A stretch of 63,100 bases of DNA, the filler included, from Basidiobolus meristosporus CBS 931.73 (lineage: Eukaryota; Fungi; Basidiobolomycota), in assembly GCA_002104905.1 (NCBI GenBank). It is 4 parts of 4 records of this genome, joined end to end, with 100 filler letters (N's around TTAATTAATTAA, not from the genome) between each part and the next. Parts side by side here need not be neighbours in the genome. Positions count along the whole stretch, not along the records: positions 1 to 18,185 come from MCFE01001068.1; 3 more parts are not named here. One strand, given 5' to 3'. The notes beneath the pieces were generated by a model. That model was given only the letters and a program-made list of their open reading frames with translations, made no database searches and had not been told where the DNA came from. A program made the position numbers and the translations under genes. Within the stretch, counting starts at the first letter, position 1. Each line of letters starts with the position of its first letter. Positions 1 to 11,365 of this stretch are shown here, in pieces.

Positions 1-449
1 ATTCTGTTTCATCTACCTGCAGGGTAATTCTGCTAATTAGGTTTTTCATTTCTTCTCCTGGCTACATCTTTGTGGTAAAGAATTTTTGTCTCAGATACAT
101 TTTCTTAGCAGCTGAACATGACTGGTAGGTGTCTTCCAATGCCTTCCAGGCATTCTCTGCTGTTTTTGCTCTTGAGCATTGAGCTAGCAATTTGTCTTTA
201 ACATTAAGGCAAATGCAGTTAAAAGCACTTTGTTCTTTCTTCTGGTACTTTAAGGTTTCCTCTCCCATGTTTTTAGGAGGGCATTCTTCTCCCATGACAA
301 TATCCCAAAGGCCTCTTTCCTGTAGCAGCATCATGATCTTCACCTTCCACACTTGGTAATCAGATCCATCCAACTTTTCAGCAGAGGGAAAAACTCCAGT
401 AATAGCAGTAGTAGACATTGCAGAGAGTGACAGTTTGGGGTTAATAACC
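1..449 (-). mobile_element. gag: Ty1/copia family A, gag 5' region (runs off the window start)
   Basis: ORF 62..646 contains KLDGSDYQVWKVKIMMLLQERGLWDIV and AWKALEDTY, which is copia gag/UBN2-like and nearly identical to the gag at 22850-23130. A degenerate PBS (ggttattaaccc on the minus strand) abuts the LTR. Confidence 0.9.
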
Positions 450-781
450 TGTTGTAAGAGTCTTGGAGATATTGGAAGTGATTGGGAGGACAAGTAGATT
501 ATGTGGTTTTCACACAATGATTTATTGAATGTAAAAGTAATATTTATATTTTTACATAGTCTTGCCATAACAAACAAGTAGAAATGGTTAAGGAAGGTCC
601 CAAGAGCATGTGTGCAAAGTTTGGGGCTGTTTGGACAACCTATCAAACTTTCATGTTCTGGGTAAATATTCTAAGTAAATCCTGATAAGGAATTTGGTCA
701 GTATTCTCTAGGATTTGAAGGTAATGATCTAAGTGACTAAGTTAGGTGAATATTTAGGTGGAATTCCAAATTTTGACAACA
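450..781 (-). repeat. Copia family A LTR (5' LTR of the minus-strand element)
   Basis: TGTTG...CAACA termini. Aligns by eye with the LTRs at 5768-6116, 8464-8811, 22393-22801 and 26692-27040. Confidence 0.9.
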
Positions 782-842
782 AAAACCACATAATCTACTT
801 GTCCTCCCAATCACTTCCAATATCTTCAAGACTCTTACAACA
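782..842 (+). repeat. 3' end of a family A LTR in the opposite orientation
   Basis: aaaaccacataatctacttgtcctcccaatcacttccaatatcttcaagactcttacaaca is the reverse complement of 450-510 with about one mismatch. Confidence 0.85.
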
Positions 843-1639
843 TCCTCCCCCCTAATCCTAAGTGCAGCCTTATGAGTGACCAACTACAAATGGTTGGGTC
901 TTCAACACAATTTATTGGATCTGTTCATATTGCTGGCAAGTAATACTAATAGTAGCTGGGCAGTAAGCACATAATAATGCAGTTATAACATCAACCCATA
1001 CACTGGGACTATTATGAAGTTATTTTGACGCATGAAATAGATTGCAATTGTTTGTTGTTGATTTCCAATATGACTGTTGCTATTGGTACTGACCTTGCGC
1101 AAGTCTTGGATTTCAAATATGTAGAAAGCCACCATATCCAGTAACGTTAGATATTCTGAGCACTTAAGAAACCCCTATAAGCAAGATGAGAGTTGGTGTC
1201 AATGGGACATGATTTACTATCGATATCCATAAGGCATCTATTTGCTTACACGCAAATGCATCTTTGCTTGTTGCAAATAAGACCCAGTAACAGGCTTAAA
1301 TGCCACTGATAACGTAGGTTTCTATGTTTGAAATTAAATTGCTTACCAATCACTGTATGAAAATTACTTTATTAGGTACGATACCTGCAGAATCCTTTAA
1401 CCACCCAATTTGGCAATCAGATTGAATTAGCAGGGTGACACTAGTCATAGAGTATAAAAAGAACAGGAAAAGCTGCGAAGCTGTGCACGGATCTAAGATA
1501 ATCCCAAAGCGGTAAGCAGTTTGCGGTCCGATGAATATGCCGAACGTTGTACACCAATCAATAGCTGTCACCATCCAGCAGAACTATCACCTCCTCTTCT
1601 ATATAAGATCAACGCTCTGCACAACTCGATATTCAAAAT

Positions 1640-2458
1640 ATGCCAGTCAAGTTTTACTCCTTCAAGCAAGCGCTGTGGCCAAGATCAGTTCGTCTTACTT
1701 TGGCTGAAAAGAATATTACGGACATCGAGGTGATTGAGGTGAATCTGGCTGCTGGAGAAAACTTTTCGCCTGAATACCTTCGGTAAGATAGTAATGTGGC
1801 TATTGCCTTCTGCACCAATGTAACCATTTGTTCTAGGATCAACAAAAATGCCACTGTCCCTACCTTAGTAAACACAGATACTAAACAGATTTTGGATGAT
1901 TCCACTGCCATTACCGAGTATCTTGATGCCAACTATCCTGGAACTGAGTTATACTCCACCAGTGATATGGCAACTATTACTCACTGGATTAGGGAAGCAC
2001 ACAGTATTGACGGGTTTCTCTTAGTGTTTTCTCCATCAGATTCTGTTGAACTGGAGCATAAGAAGGCCTTTGTAGAAGGATTTTTCGAGGGTCGTGTAAA
2101 AGCCTTGGCCGAGTTCATTCAGCAACAAGATACACCATTTTATCGTGAGAAGCTACAGCAAACGAATTCTTTCCTAGTTGCCTACAAGTATCCTGAACAA
2201 GCACAGCCTCTATTTGATCTCCACAGAGCTGAATGGCGAAAGGCAGAATTGTTCCTGGATCAGTTAGAGGACCAGTTAGTCAGTGGGCCTTATGTTGTGG
2301 GGGTGAAGTATACAGCTGCTGACGTCCACGTCATCCCATTACTGGTCCATCTAAAGTCAATCAAGGGCGATGTAGTGTTCTCAGGAAGACCTAACCTACA
2401 ACAGTATCTGACAAGGGTATCATCAAGGGAAAGTTTCAAATTGGTGTATGATGCATAA
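1640..2458 (+). CDS. Glutathione S-transferase-like protein, join(1640..1782,1837..2458), about 254 aa
   Basis: Exon 1 encodes MPVKFYSFKQALWPRSVRLTLAEKNI...ENFSPEYLR. A 54-nt GTAAGA...TTCTAG intron keeps the frame into INKNATVPTL...DSTAITEYLD (GST-N) and LEDQLVSGPYVVGVKYTAADVHVIPLL (GST-C). Confidence 0.9.
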
Positions 2459-2650
2459 CAAAGCAATAAATATGCAAATATATCTTGATTTTTCAATCAA
2501 GGAAGCATCGAGGATTTATGGGCTGATTTAGCGGGAAAGGAAGTTTTTGATTGAACTAGCATATATCCTTAGATTTACAAAATTACTCACGCTGTAAACA
2601 GTTCTATGTTGCAAGTGGGAACAAGAATAAGATTCTAGTGAATGGTTTAT

Positions 2651-3169
2651 CTACAGCGTTGAATTGGATATAACAGTAGGCGCGGCCTTTTCAAGAATAA
2701 TTGTGTAGCGTCCTTTTTCTTCATGCTTCTCAACTAGTTGGTTTCCTGTGGCATTGCACCATGCAGCAGCATCACGAGCTAAACCTGCGTCAGTAGCAAT
2801 GATTTCCACACGTTCACCAATAGCAATCTTATCCATCGCTTGCTTCACCTGCAAGATAGGCCCGGGGCATTGTAAAGCACAAACATTTACCTTCAAGGCA
2901 ACTGAAGGAGTTTCTGTGGGAGTAGCAGTTGACTGGGAAGAAGGCACAGGGAATGGCTTGGGGACCGGAGCAATGCTGGTGGAATAAGTCAAATTACGTA
3001 CATTGCGATATCCATGCCCCATTAATATGCGTTGAGCCAGATATCCGCGCAGTCCTATAGTACAGTATAGGACAACCGGCCTATTCGTCGGGATTTCGGC
3101 AAGATGTTCTCGTAAATCGTCCAAGGGAATATTAATCGCACCTGTTAGGGTGTCCTCCAGGGTGGTCAT
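2651..3169 (-). pseudogene. Rhodanese + TusA/SirA two-domain fragment resembling the C-terminal half of bacterial CoA-disulfide reductases
   Basis: GAINIPLDDLR...VVLYCTIGLRGYLAQRIL (rhodanese) followed by VNVCALQCPGPILQVKQAM...VEIIATDAGLARDAAAWCNATGNQL (TusA CPxP motif). Intronless, has no FAD/NAD domains, and lacks the usual GG-containing segment after RNL. Confidence 0.8.
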
Positions 3170-3276
3170 CTCCGGATAGGTATTATATCAACAGCAGCTC
3201 CCTATTCAGGTGTCTGACCCCATTTAGGTAAGCATCCACTTTTGGTTTCTCTACGCCTTGGACTTCTGTTAGGTAG

Positions 3277-3349
3277 CCAAAAATGATCTCAGTGTATTGT
3301 AAATCAATCACTAACCAAAAATGATCTCGGTGCATTGTAAATCAATCAC
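3277..3349 (+). repeat. Tandem duplication, period 38 bp
   Basis: ccaaaaatgatctc(a/g)gtg(t/c)attgtaaatcaatcac occurs at 3277 and 3315. Confidence 0.85.
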
Positions 3350-3439
3350 CAATGATTTGGCAATAACTCATAACTTCCTTGATACTTTCCTTAATTCCTA
3401 AATACAAAAGTTAGCTTAATACAGATACTACAAACTTGA

Positions 3440-3690
3440 CCCCAAGTCTAAAAGTGACTATACCAGGTTGGTCAAGTTTGCAGTGGATTACCTCTACTCT
3501 ATGGCTACAGATCTGCCTGCCTCACCATACAGACATGCTGTCCTTGAAGCATTTGGGCTCTTACCTTATTCCATCAGAGTTCTTCACCTCAGAACAAGGC
3601 TACTCCTGACAAATGTTGGAACCCTCATATTCAGCGACACCCACTCAGGGATTGATCCTTGGTGACTCTGATGTACAAGACTTTGCCAGA
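3440..3690 (+). mobile_element. Degenerate fragment of the telomere-associated non-LTR retroelement (C-terminal region)
   Basis: VKFAVDYLYSMATDLPASPYRHAVLEAFGLLPYSIRVLHLRTRLLL aligns with DKFAVWCITSLVPHLPECPYSHAILGAFGFMPYKIRLLYLRTRLYL in ORF 59692..61476. Confidence 0.75.
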
Positions 3691-4881
3691 TTTATCAAGG
3701 AATCTAGGTAAATGTATGTTTGTTCGATTGTGATGGAGTTTGTATGGTAGGATCCATCGACATTTTGCTGCTTATTATTGATTGGCCGACTATCTGGAAT
3801 TTTAATAGTTTATCAAAATCTGCGGTTGAGTTGCTGATCGTCATTTACCACGCATTCGGAGTATAAACTGGATTTTCAATCGTGTTCGCAACTTGGACAA
3901 ATTGGGAAATAAACCCAAATAGTAGATTATCCTGTGTAGCAGGCTTATCATCCTCTGTAGTATATTATCCCGTGTAACAGACATATTATCCAGTGTAGGC
4001 GTCCTGAGGTACAAATATTCCAACTGTTACGGATATATGGATAATTTCTCATTATGCTACCTAACTAGTCGGACAGTAAAACAGATAAGCCCCTCCCCTC
4101 CAAACATACCTCGTCAAGTGACTTTCCAAAGCCAAGGAATCAATATTCTTCGAAACCTTTATCTCCTTGAAGATACACAGCACAAAAGGCATGCTGCAGT
4201 TGTCACTTTGGTGGTGTGAAAAAGCAGGCCGCTGGCCTGTACTCCTCGTACCCGGACATTCGATGCTGCCTACCAAGGTGAGGATGAAGGTCTTGTCTCA
4301 TGAGCGGCCGTATTAATGTCGATAATAAGTTTTTGGGTGCTGCGTAAGGGTAAGCGTCATTTATAGGAAACGCAATCCATATCCACAGCTTCCGGAGTTC
4401 CAGAATAGCATCGATCTCTCCTGGCCCTTTTCTGATGATTATGGAAACTGAAGCTACCACACGCCATTTTGGTGAAGAAGGAATTAAGCTTGCCAAAAAA
4501 CATAAGGAGTTGGATCTTATGGAACGGGAAGTTTATATATCCCCTCATGACCATGTTGATCCCCGAGCTGGTGAACTTCATATAAGCCAGTAACAAGATG
4601 ATACTTTTGATGTAACTTTCAACCTCGATGCTATTTGTTTCAAGACTAACGTAGTTAATCATGTCAAATAATTGCATATCATAGTTGAATACCCAAACTA
4701 CAGGTGACGTACACGTAAGCTAAAAGCTCACTAATCTGACAGTAAAAGAAGCACGCCTATTGACTCTCCAAAACCACGGAAGCAAGGTAGTCTGAAACCT
4801 TCATCTACCCGAAAACACTCAACTCAAAGCATAGGCGGTTATGTCTATCCCCGCTGCTTGATGTATATTACATAATACACC

Positions 4882-5479
4882 ATGAAAGCCATCGTAGTTC
4901 TAACCAAAAATAGTTGGTAACTCATCATCAAAAAAAATATGATCATTTGCCAGAAATTTCGAAGATGATCAAAAGGTGCTGGCCGACCCTTCACACCCTT
5001 TCAATGTCAAGCTGAACTCGCAGCTTTACAAGGCAGAAGATCTCAACCCTGCTGACTACGGACTGTTCTTTGCCTCTGCTGGCCACGCAACCCTTTGGGA
5101 TTATCCTACAGCTCGTCACCTGCAGCATATTGCTGAAGACATTTATAAGCGCGGGGGTGTGGTTTCGGCTGTATGTCATGGGCCCGCCATTCTCCCCGGA
5201 ATCATGGACAGCACCACTGGTAAATCCATTATTACTGGCATAAAGGTTACTGGGTTCACCACCGAGGGTGAGGAAATGCTAAATCTGCTTGAGCTGATTA
5301 AATCGGCCAATGTGGCTACAATCGAGGAAGGAGCAGCGGCGGTCGGGGCAGAGTATGTGGCACCCCCTACTCCATTTGCCGACTTTACTCATACAGATGG
5401 CAGGGTGGTCACTGGAGCTAACCCTGCAAGTGCTAAATCTACTGCCGTAAATGCTATCAAAGTGTTCTTGAGTCTTTAA
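4882..5479 (+). pseudogene. DJ-1/PfpI family, Hsp31/glyoxalase III-like; probably N-terminally deleted
   Basis: DYGLFFASAGHATLWDYP, VSAVCHGP (nucleophile Cys) and DGRVVTGANPASA are Hsp31 motifs. The start MKAIVVLT at 4882 cannot be spliced in frame with the only nearby GT/AG pair, and roughly 60 residues carrying the conserved Glu appear to be missing. Confidence 0.75.
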
Positions 5480-5767
5480 GAGGCTATCCATGTGTATAAT
5501 ATGTAATCCATGTTCATTGTAAAGAGAATAACAACCTTCTATGCGAATAAAATACGCAAATACAGCCTATATAGTCATTGTATTGGTAGGTAAATTTGCG
5601 TGTATAGATAATAACTTATAGTACTACCGTTGGCGGCTTAGCTTTGTTTACTCTAATCATGAAAACTCCACAGATTCTTACTCCTGTTTTACTAACAATT
5701 TCACCGTTGAATAATTAGATAGATATATCTAACAGACCTAGTTATCTACATATCTGTGCCTCATTTC

Positions 5768-6116
5768 TGCTGTAAGAGTCTTGGAGATATTGGAAGCGAT
5801 TGGGAGAACAAGTAGATTATTTGGTTCTCACTTAATGATTTATTGAATGTAAAAGTAGCACTAATACTTTTACGTGGTCTTGGCATTACAAACATGTAGA
5901 ATAGGTCAAGAAAGGTCCCAAGAACATGTGTGCAAAGCTTGGGGCTGTTTGGCCAACATTGAGAATTTTCATGTTCTAGGTACCTGGTATTTTGGTGAAA
6001 ATATTCCAAGTAATTCCTGACAAGGAATTTGGTCAGTATTCTCTAGGATTTGAAGGTAATGATCTAAGTGACTAAGTTAGGTGAATATTTAGGTGGAATT
6101 CCAAATTTTTACAACA
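5768..6116 (-). repeat. Copia family A LTR (solo LTR, or 3' LTR of a deleted element)
   Basis: TGCTG...CAACA, 349 bp. Flanks ATTTC/ATTTG form a 4/5 match to a 5-bp TSD. No PPT is adjacent. Confidence 0.85.
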
Positions 6117-8811
6117 ATTTGGGCTATTTCTTGTCCTGTTGGATCTCTGGGCATTTGATACAGGAATGATTACTTCTGGGATACTCCTAGGCACTGCTTC
6201 AGGCTGAATCATGGTTGTAGAGTCCTCTGGAGTGGAAAATTTTTATTGTTTTACTCTGATTCAATGCTGACAATTGGTGGACTTGAGATCAGATTTTTGT
6301 CATCACCCGCTGTCATTTTTTGTGGAAATTTTGAATTTTCATCAAACAAATCATCCCTGGACTTGTGCAGCTTCTTTGCTTTGGTATTGTAGAGTCTGTA
6401 TGCTTTACTCTCATTGCAGTAACCCAAAAATATGCATTTTACACTTTTTGGCTCAAATTTTGACTGATTTCTGGGCAGTTTCTTGGCATATGCTGTACAC
6501 CCAAATATTCTTAGATGTTCTGCACTTGGTCTGTAGCCACACCATGCTTCAAATGGAGTAGAATCACAAAGTATTCTGCTATAACTCTTATTTCTAAGAT
6601 ATACAGTAGTGGCAACTGATTCTGTCCAAAAATCATAGGATAATTTTGGATCATGGATCATAGATCTTGCCATATCAATTATTGATCTGTTAGGACATTC
6701 TGCTACCTCATTTTGCTGTGGGGAGTATGGTACAGTAGTCTCTTGCATTATCCCATGAATTTTGCAGAAGTGATTGAAGAGTTTTGAGGTATAACTCCAC
6801 CATTGTCAGAGCATATTTTCTTGATTTTTTAACCAGTTTCTCTCTCCACCATGGCTTTGAACTCCCTGAGCTTAGACAGAGCTTCTTCCTTTCTCTCCAT
6901 GAAGTAAACCCACATGTATCTTGTATAATCATCAATAAAAGTGATTAAATACTTCATTCCACCTAAGGATAAATTTTGCATAGGTCCACACAGATCTGAG
7001 TGAATTAGATCTTATTTTTTCTTAGTTTTGATCAACCCAGAGCTCCTGAACAATTGTCTGACCTGTTTCCCATATATGCAGGCTTCACAGTGCTCCAAAT
7101 CAGTTGGAGAAGCAATTTCTACTCTGGAAATTAGCTGATCTTGATCATTTTGTGCAAATAATCAAAATTGATGTGCCCAAATCTCCTGTGCCAAAGCATT
7201 GGTGTTTCTTCATTTAAGTTGCTAATATTGGCTTCCAAACATGATGGAATATAAGTCAACTTGTATAGATTCTGATCTCTGATACCCAAAGCAATATGGG
7301 CACCATTTTGATCAGTGATCTTGCAACCAGAATTGCCAAAGTTGAAACTGAGTCCTTCTGCAGTGGCCTTGTGTACAGATAGTAGGTTCTTGGCTATTTC
7401 TGGTACATAGAGTACTTCTTTAAAGGTCAGTGTATGGCCTCCTTCACTGCTTCTCAGGCTTACTTGGATAGTTCCTTCTCCCACTGCATCAAGTGTTCTA
7501 TTGTCACCCATGAACACCTTCTTAATTGGAATTTCTTGATATTAGGTAAAAAGTTCTTTTTGGTGTGTAAAGTGTTCAGATGGTCCAGAGTCAATATACC
7601 ACATCTGAGAATCCTTGTTTGTGGTCATATTTAGTGCAGATATGAATAACCTATCTTCAGCTGTTGCAGCATTTCCATATTCAGGCTTTGTGTGCTGACT
7701 ATCTCTCCTTTTGAAGCACCAGTATGATGTGTGTCCTTTCCTTTTGCAGTAGTTACAAAACAGGTTGCTGTTGTCTTTGTAGGGTCTTGGCTACCTCCTT
7801 TGTTGGTTATCATTGCTTACTAAAGTATTTTCATCTTCCTTCTTATTGGCACTTGATTTTCTTAATTCTTCATCCAGGAGCCTTCCATATATGTAATTTA
7901 AGGACAAATCTTCAGTTCTGGACTCTAGGGCTGATCCAACACCCTGAAACTTGTTTGTCAGGCTATTCAGAATGGTTAATATCACATCCTCATCAGTAGT
8001 TGGTACACCTATATATTCTGTTTCATCTACCTGCAGGGTAATTCTGCTAATTAGGTTTTTCATTTCTTCTCCTGGCTACTTCTTTGTAGTAAAGAGTTTT
8101 TGTCTCAGATACATTTTCTTGGCAGTTGAACATGACTGGTAGGTGTCTTCCAATGCTTTCCAGGCATTCTTTGCTGTTTTTGCTCTCAAGCATTGAATTA
8201 GCAATTTGTCTTTAACATTAAGGCAAATGCAGTTAAAGTCATTTTGTTCTTTTTTCTGGTACTCTCAGGCTTCTTCTGCCATATTTTTAGGAGGGCATTC
8301 TTCTCCCATGACAATATCCCAAAGGCCTCTCTCTTGTAGCAGCATCTTCATGTTCACCTTCCACACTTGGTAGTTAGATCCATCCAACTTTTCAGCAGAG
8401 GGAGAAATTCCAGTAATAGCAGTGGTAGACAATGCAGAGAGTGACAGCTTGGGGCTCATAACCTGTTGTAAGAGTCTTGGAGATACTGGAAGTGATTGGG
8501 AGAACAAGCAGATTATGCGGTTTTCACTTAATGATTTATTGAATGTAAAGGTAGTATTTATACTTTTACATGGTCTTGGCATAAAAACCACGTAGAATAG
8601 GCTAAGAAAGGTCCCAAGAACATGTGTGCAAGGTTTGGGGCTGTTTGGACAACTTTGAGAATTTTCATGTTCTGGGTACATGGTATTTTGATGAAAATAT
8701 TCTAAGTAATTCCCAACAAGAAATTTGATCAGTATTCTCTAGGACACAAAGGTGATGATCTAATTGACTAAGTTAGGTGAATATTTAGGTGGAAATACAA
8801 ATTTTACAACA
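6117..8811 (-). mobile_element. Degenerate copia family A: 5' LTR (8464-8811), PBS, gag, protease, integrase; RT/RNaseH absent
   Basis: PBS ggttatgagccc (minus strand, 8452-8463), gag KLDGSNYQVWKV, LWHRRFGH, TVPYSPQQN and KCIFLGY. Multiple stops and frameshifts. Confidence 0.9.
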
Positions 8812-9276
8812 TTGGAGATATTGCAAGTGATTGGAAGGATTAGTAGATTATGTGGTTTCACTTAATGATTTATTGAATGCAAAAATAGCCTTTATACTTT
8901 ACATGATCTTGGCATTACAAACATGTAGAATAGGTGAAGGAAAATCCCAAAAACATGTGTGCAAAGTTTGGGGCTGTTTGGACAACTTATCTAATTTTCA
9001 TGTTATGGGTAAATATTCTAAGTAAATCCCAACAAGGAATTTGGTCAGTATTCCCTAGGATTTGAAGGTAATGATCTAAGTGGTCAAGTTAGGTGGATAT
9101 TTAGGTGGAATTACCAATTTCTACAAGTATGAATATTGAGTTGAGTGGGAGTGTTGGAAAAGTTTGTAATTCCACCAAAATATTTACCCAATTTAGTCAT
9201 TTAGATCATTAAGTAAAAGCCATATAATATACCTGTTCTCCCTATCACTTCCAATATCTCCAAAACCCTTATAACA
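8812..9276. repeat. Further family A LTR relics: truncated minus LTR (8812-9126), then PPT and an internally deleted plus LTR (9152-9276)
   Basis: 8812 onward repeats the LTR text from ttggagatatt. gtatgaatattgagttgagtgggag-tgttgg matches the PPT/LTR junction at about 26667-26697. Confidence 0.75.
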
Positions 9277-9636
9277 GACTAAAGGTACTTTATTTGAGCT
9301 TGTTAAAGCTACAACAGAGTTTAATGCATCTCTCCCAGTACTTGACATTTTGGTGAAAATTTACCAAGTAAATCCCAGCAGAGAATTTGAGCAAGAAATG
9401 CTAAGCTTCATAAGCTGTGATCTAAGTGACCAGGTCAATGGAATATTTAGGAGTATTTGCAAAATTTGCAATGGTTTTGAAGCAAGCCACACCATCTACA
9501 CTTCAATCCTAAAAGCCAGATACCAACATGCACCCATCTGCTGCAAAATAGATAAAAGCACCATTCAGCATCTGTCACTCATTGTTTTTTTCCATCTGTA
9601 AGCATGAATTTGTAAGTACCCTGAGCTAATCAATAG

Positions 9637-10641
9637 TCACCAAGAATCAAACCTACCTTTGATTATATCTTGAAAGATATCATCCATATAGTACAAAGAG
9701 GAAATGTGACCACCAGGAATATTCTTAGCCTTGGCCCCCTTGTAATTGGCCAACAGCCAACTATTTGTAGCTCCTCCAATCGTATCCTTGTCTGAAGTAA
9801 CCACAAGCATTGGCTTCGAGGCATGCTCCTCATCCAAACAAGCCGGTTCGAAGCCCCAGTCGGAATGAATTACATCAGAAACCTCAAGAAACCCATCCCA
9901 GTTCTTACAACAGGTGACAGCACCACGAGCCATTCGACCGATAAATTCGTCGTCCGTTATTTGCTTTTTCTCTAGCCATTCTCTATAGGCCTTCTTTTCG
10001 TCCTCGTCCATCAAGTCAAATAAGGTCTGGCGAAGAAACTGCTTGGCTCCATCTTCCGACTTCATCTTGGAACCAATCACTGAGCTAACTGCCCGCTGGA
10101 GCAGACGAAAAGGGATCAACTGCGTCGGAGGACCCACAGAGAACCAGTTGGCCCAACTGAGAGATTTGGCATGGTCTTTATGGTACTTGAAAGGGGAGAA
10201 ACCTGCCAGGAGGACGCAACCGACAATTTTGCGACCTGGTGGGAAGAGTTCATAGGGAGCACCATAGAGCATCTGCGCAGGCACAGTGCCGTAGGAACCA
10301 CCAGCCACGTAAATCTGTTCGTAAGCACCGGTGGGATAAAGATGGGATAATAAGGCACACATATCCTTTGCGAGAGTTTCGTGATATGGAACTTTACTGT
10401 CGCGTGAGCTCGTGTTGCCATTGCCAGCCAACGTAGGGGCGATCCAATGCACACCGAGCTCGCGACATGGCTGTGGGACTTCGTAGGCAGTTCCTACGCT
10501 CATAAGACCGCTGAAAAAGATGACAAGTGTCTGTGAATCTGCTGGCCCATTATGGGCATACGCTAGTTGACGGCCATCAGAGAGTTGCAGGGTGTGCTCT
10601 TCCCCGCCGTTGGTTGTACTGTACGCTGTGGAGTTGGCCAT
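9637..10641 (-). CDS. Alpha/beta hydrolase fold protein, 334 aa, intronless
   Basis: LSDGRQLAYA N-terminus, GxSxG nucleophile elbow (AGGSYG), DWGF motif and C-terminal GGH. Long uninterrupted ORF with gene-like composition. Confidence 0.9.
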   Translation of the reverse strand: MANSTAYSTTNGGEEHTLQLSDGRQLAYAHNGPADSQTLVIFFSGLMSVGTAYEVPQPCRELGVHWIAPTLAGNGNTSSRDSKVPYHETLAKDMCALLSHLYPTGAYEQIYVAGGSYGTVPAQMLYGAPYELFPPGRKIVGCVLLAGFSPFKYHKDHAKSLSWANWFSVGPPTQLIPFRLLQRAVSSVIGSKMKSEDGAKQFLRQTLFDLMDEDEKKAYREWLEKKQITDDEFIGRMARGAVTCCKNWDGFLEVSDVIHSDWGFEPACLDEEHASKPMLVVTSDKDTIGGATNSWLLANYKGAKAKNIPGGHISSLYYMDDIFQDIIKGRFDSW

Positions 10642-11365
10642 ATTTGCGAGTGAACGATCAATGGCAGTCTTTTTTATTGCTTTCTTGAGTCCAACACAAT
10701 AGATCTCACCAGGTCTTCAGCGAACTGAAGGAATATCACATGATTGACAATTTGTTGTCTGACTGGCCCAACATAACGTTTGCTTTGATATTAGCCGGTT
10801 TGCTTGATAACCAGTAACTTGGTTGATTTTTAGGACATTGACCTATGCCTCTGCCTGTTTAGGTTTTACTCTCAAGCGTTGGAAATAAGAGACCAAGTAT
10901 TAGGACCTACAAACATCGATGTATATTTTGGTTGTTTGACATTCAGTCTACATATATGGCTCATCTGCTGTAGAAAAGTATTGCTTCATATGGCTCATTT
11001 GCTGAGGAATATACAAACTTGGCAGAGAATATAGAATAGAAAATTGCTGAATACTCCATCCTGGAAGGTGAATATATTGTGGGTTTCTTACACTCTGATA
11101 GAGACCTCGAATAATCCTTGAATAATCCTCACAAAACCCCCTTCACTAGGTGGCAAATAGTTGGTTCAACATTCATTTACCTATCCATTACAATTGTCCC
11201 AAAATCACCAACCTAATCCCGATCTAGAATAGACCAGGTGAATAAATATCGAGTGAGAATTCCATCATTTCCACGGGAACCAAGAAATAATGTCGCAGCG
11301 GTGGTATATGACATCACCGTACATTGGGTGCTTATAAACAGTCACCGACTTACTGCCACCATGAA

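Noticed and set aside
450-646. N-terminal extension of ORF 62..646 (and the similar ORFs at 5761, 8265 and 22486/22668) as a novel protein family
   Set aside because: These are read-throughs of the copia LTR and PBS upstream of gag; they recur only because the LTR recurs.
5768-8811. A single LTR-to-LTR non-autonomous element (TRIM/LARD-like)
   Set aside because: The outer flanks (ATTTC/TTGGA) do not form a TSD and there is no PPT before the left LTR. The left LTR's own flanks (ATTTC/ATTTG) fit a separate solo insertion better.
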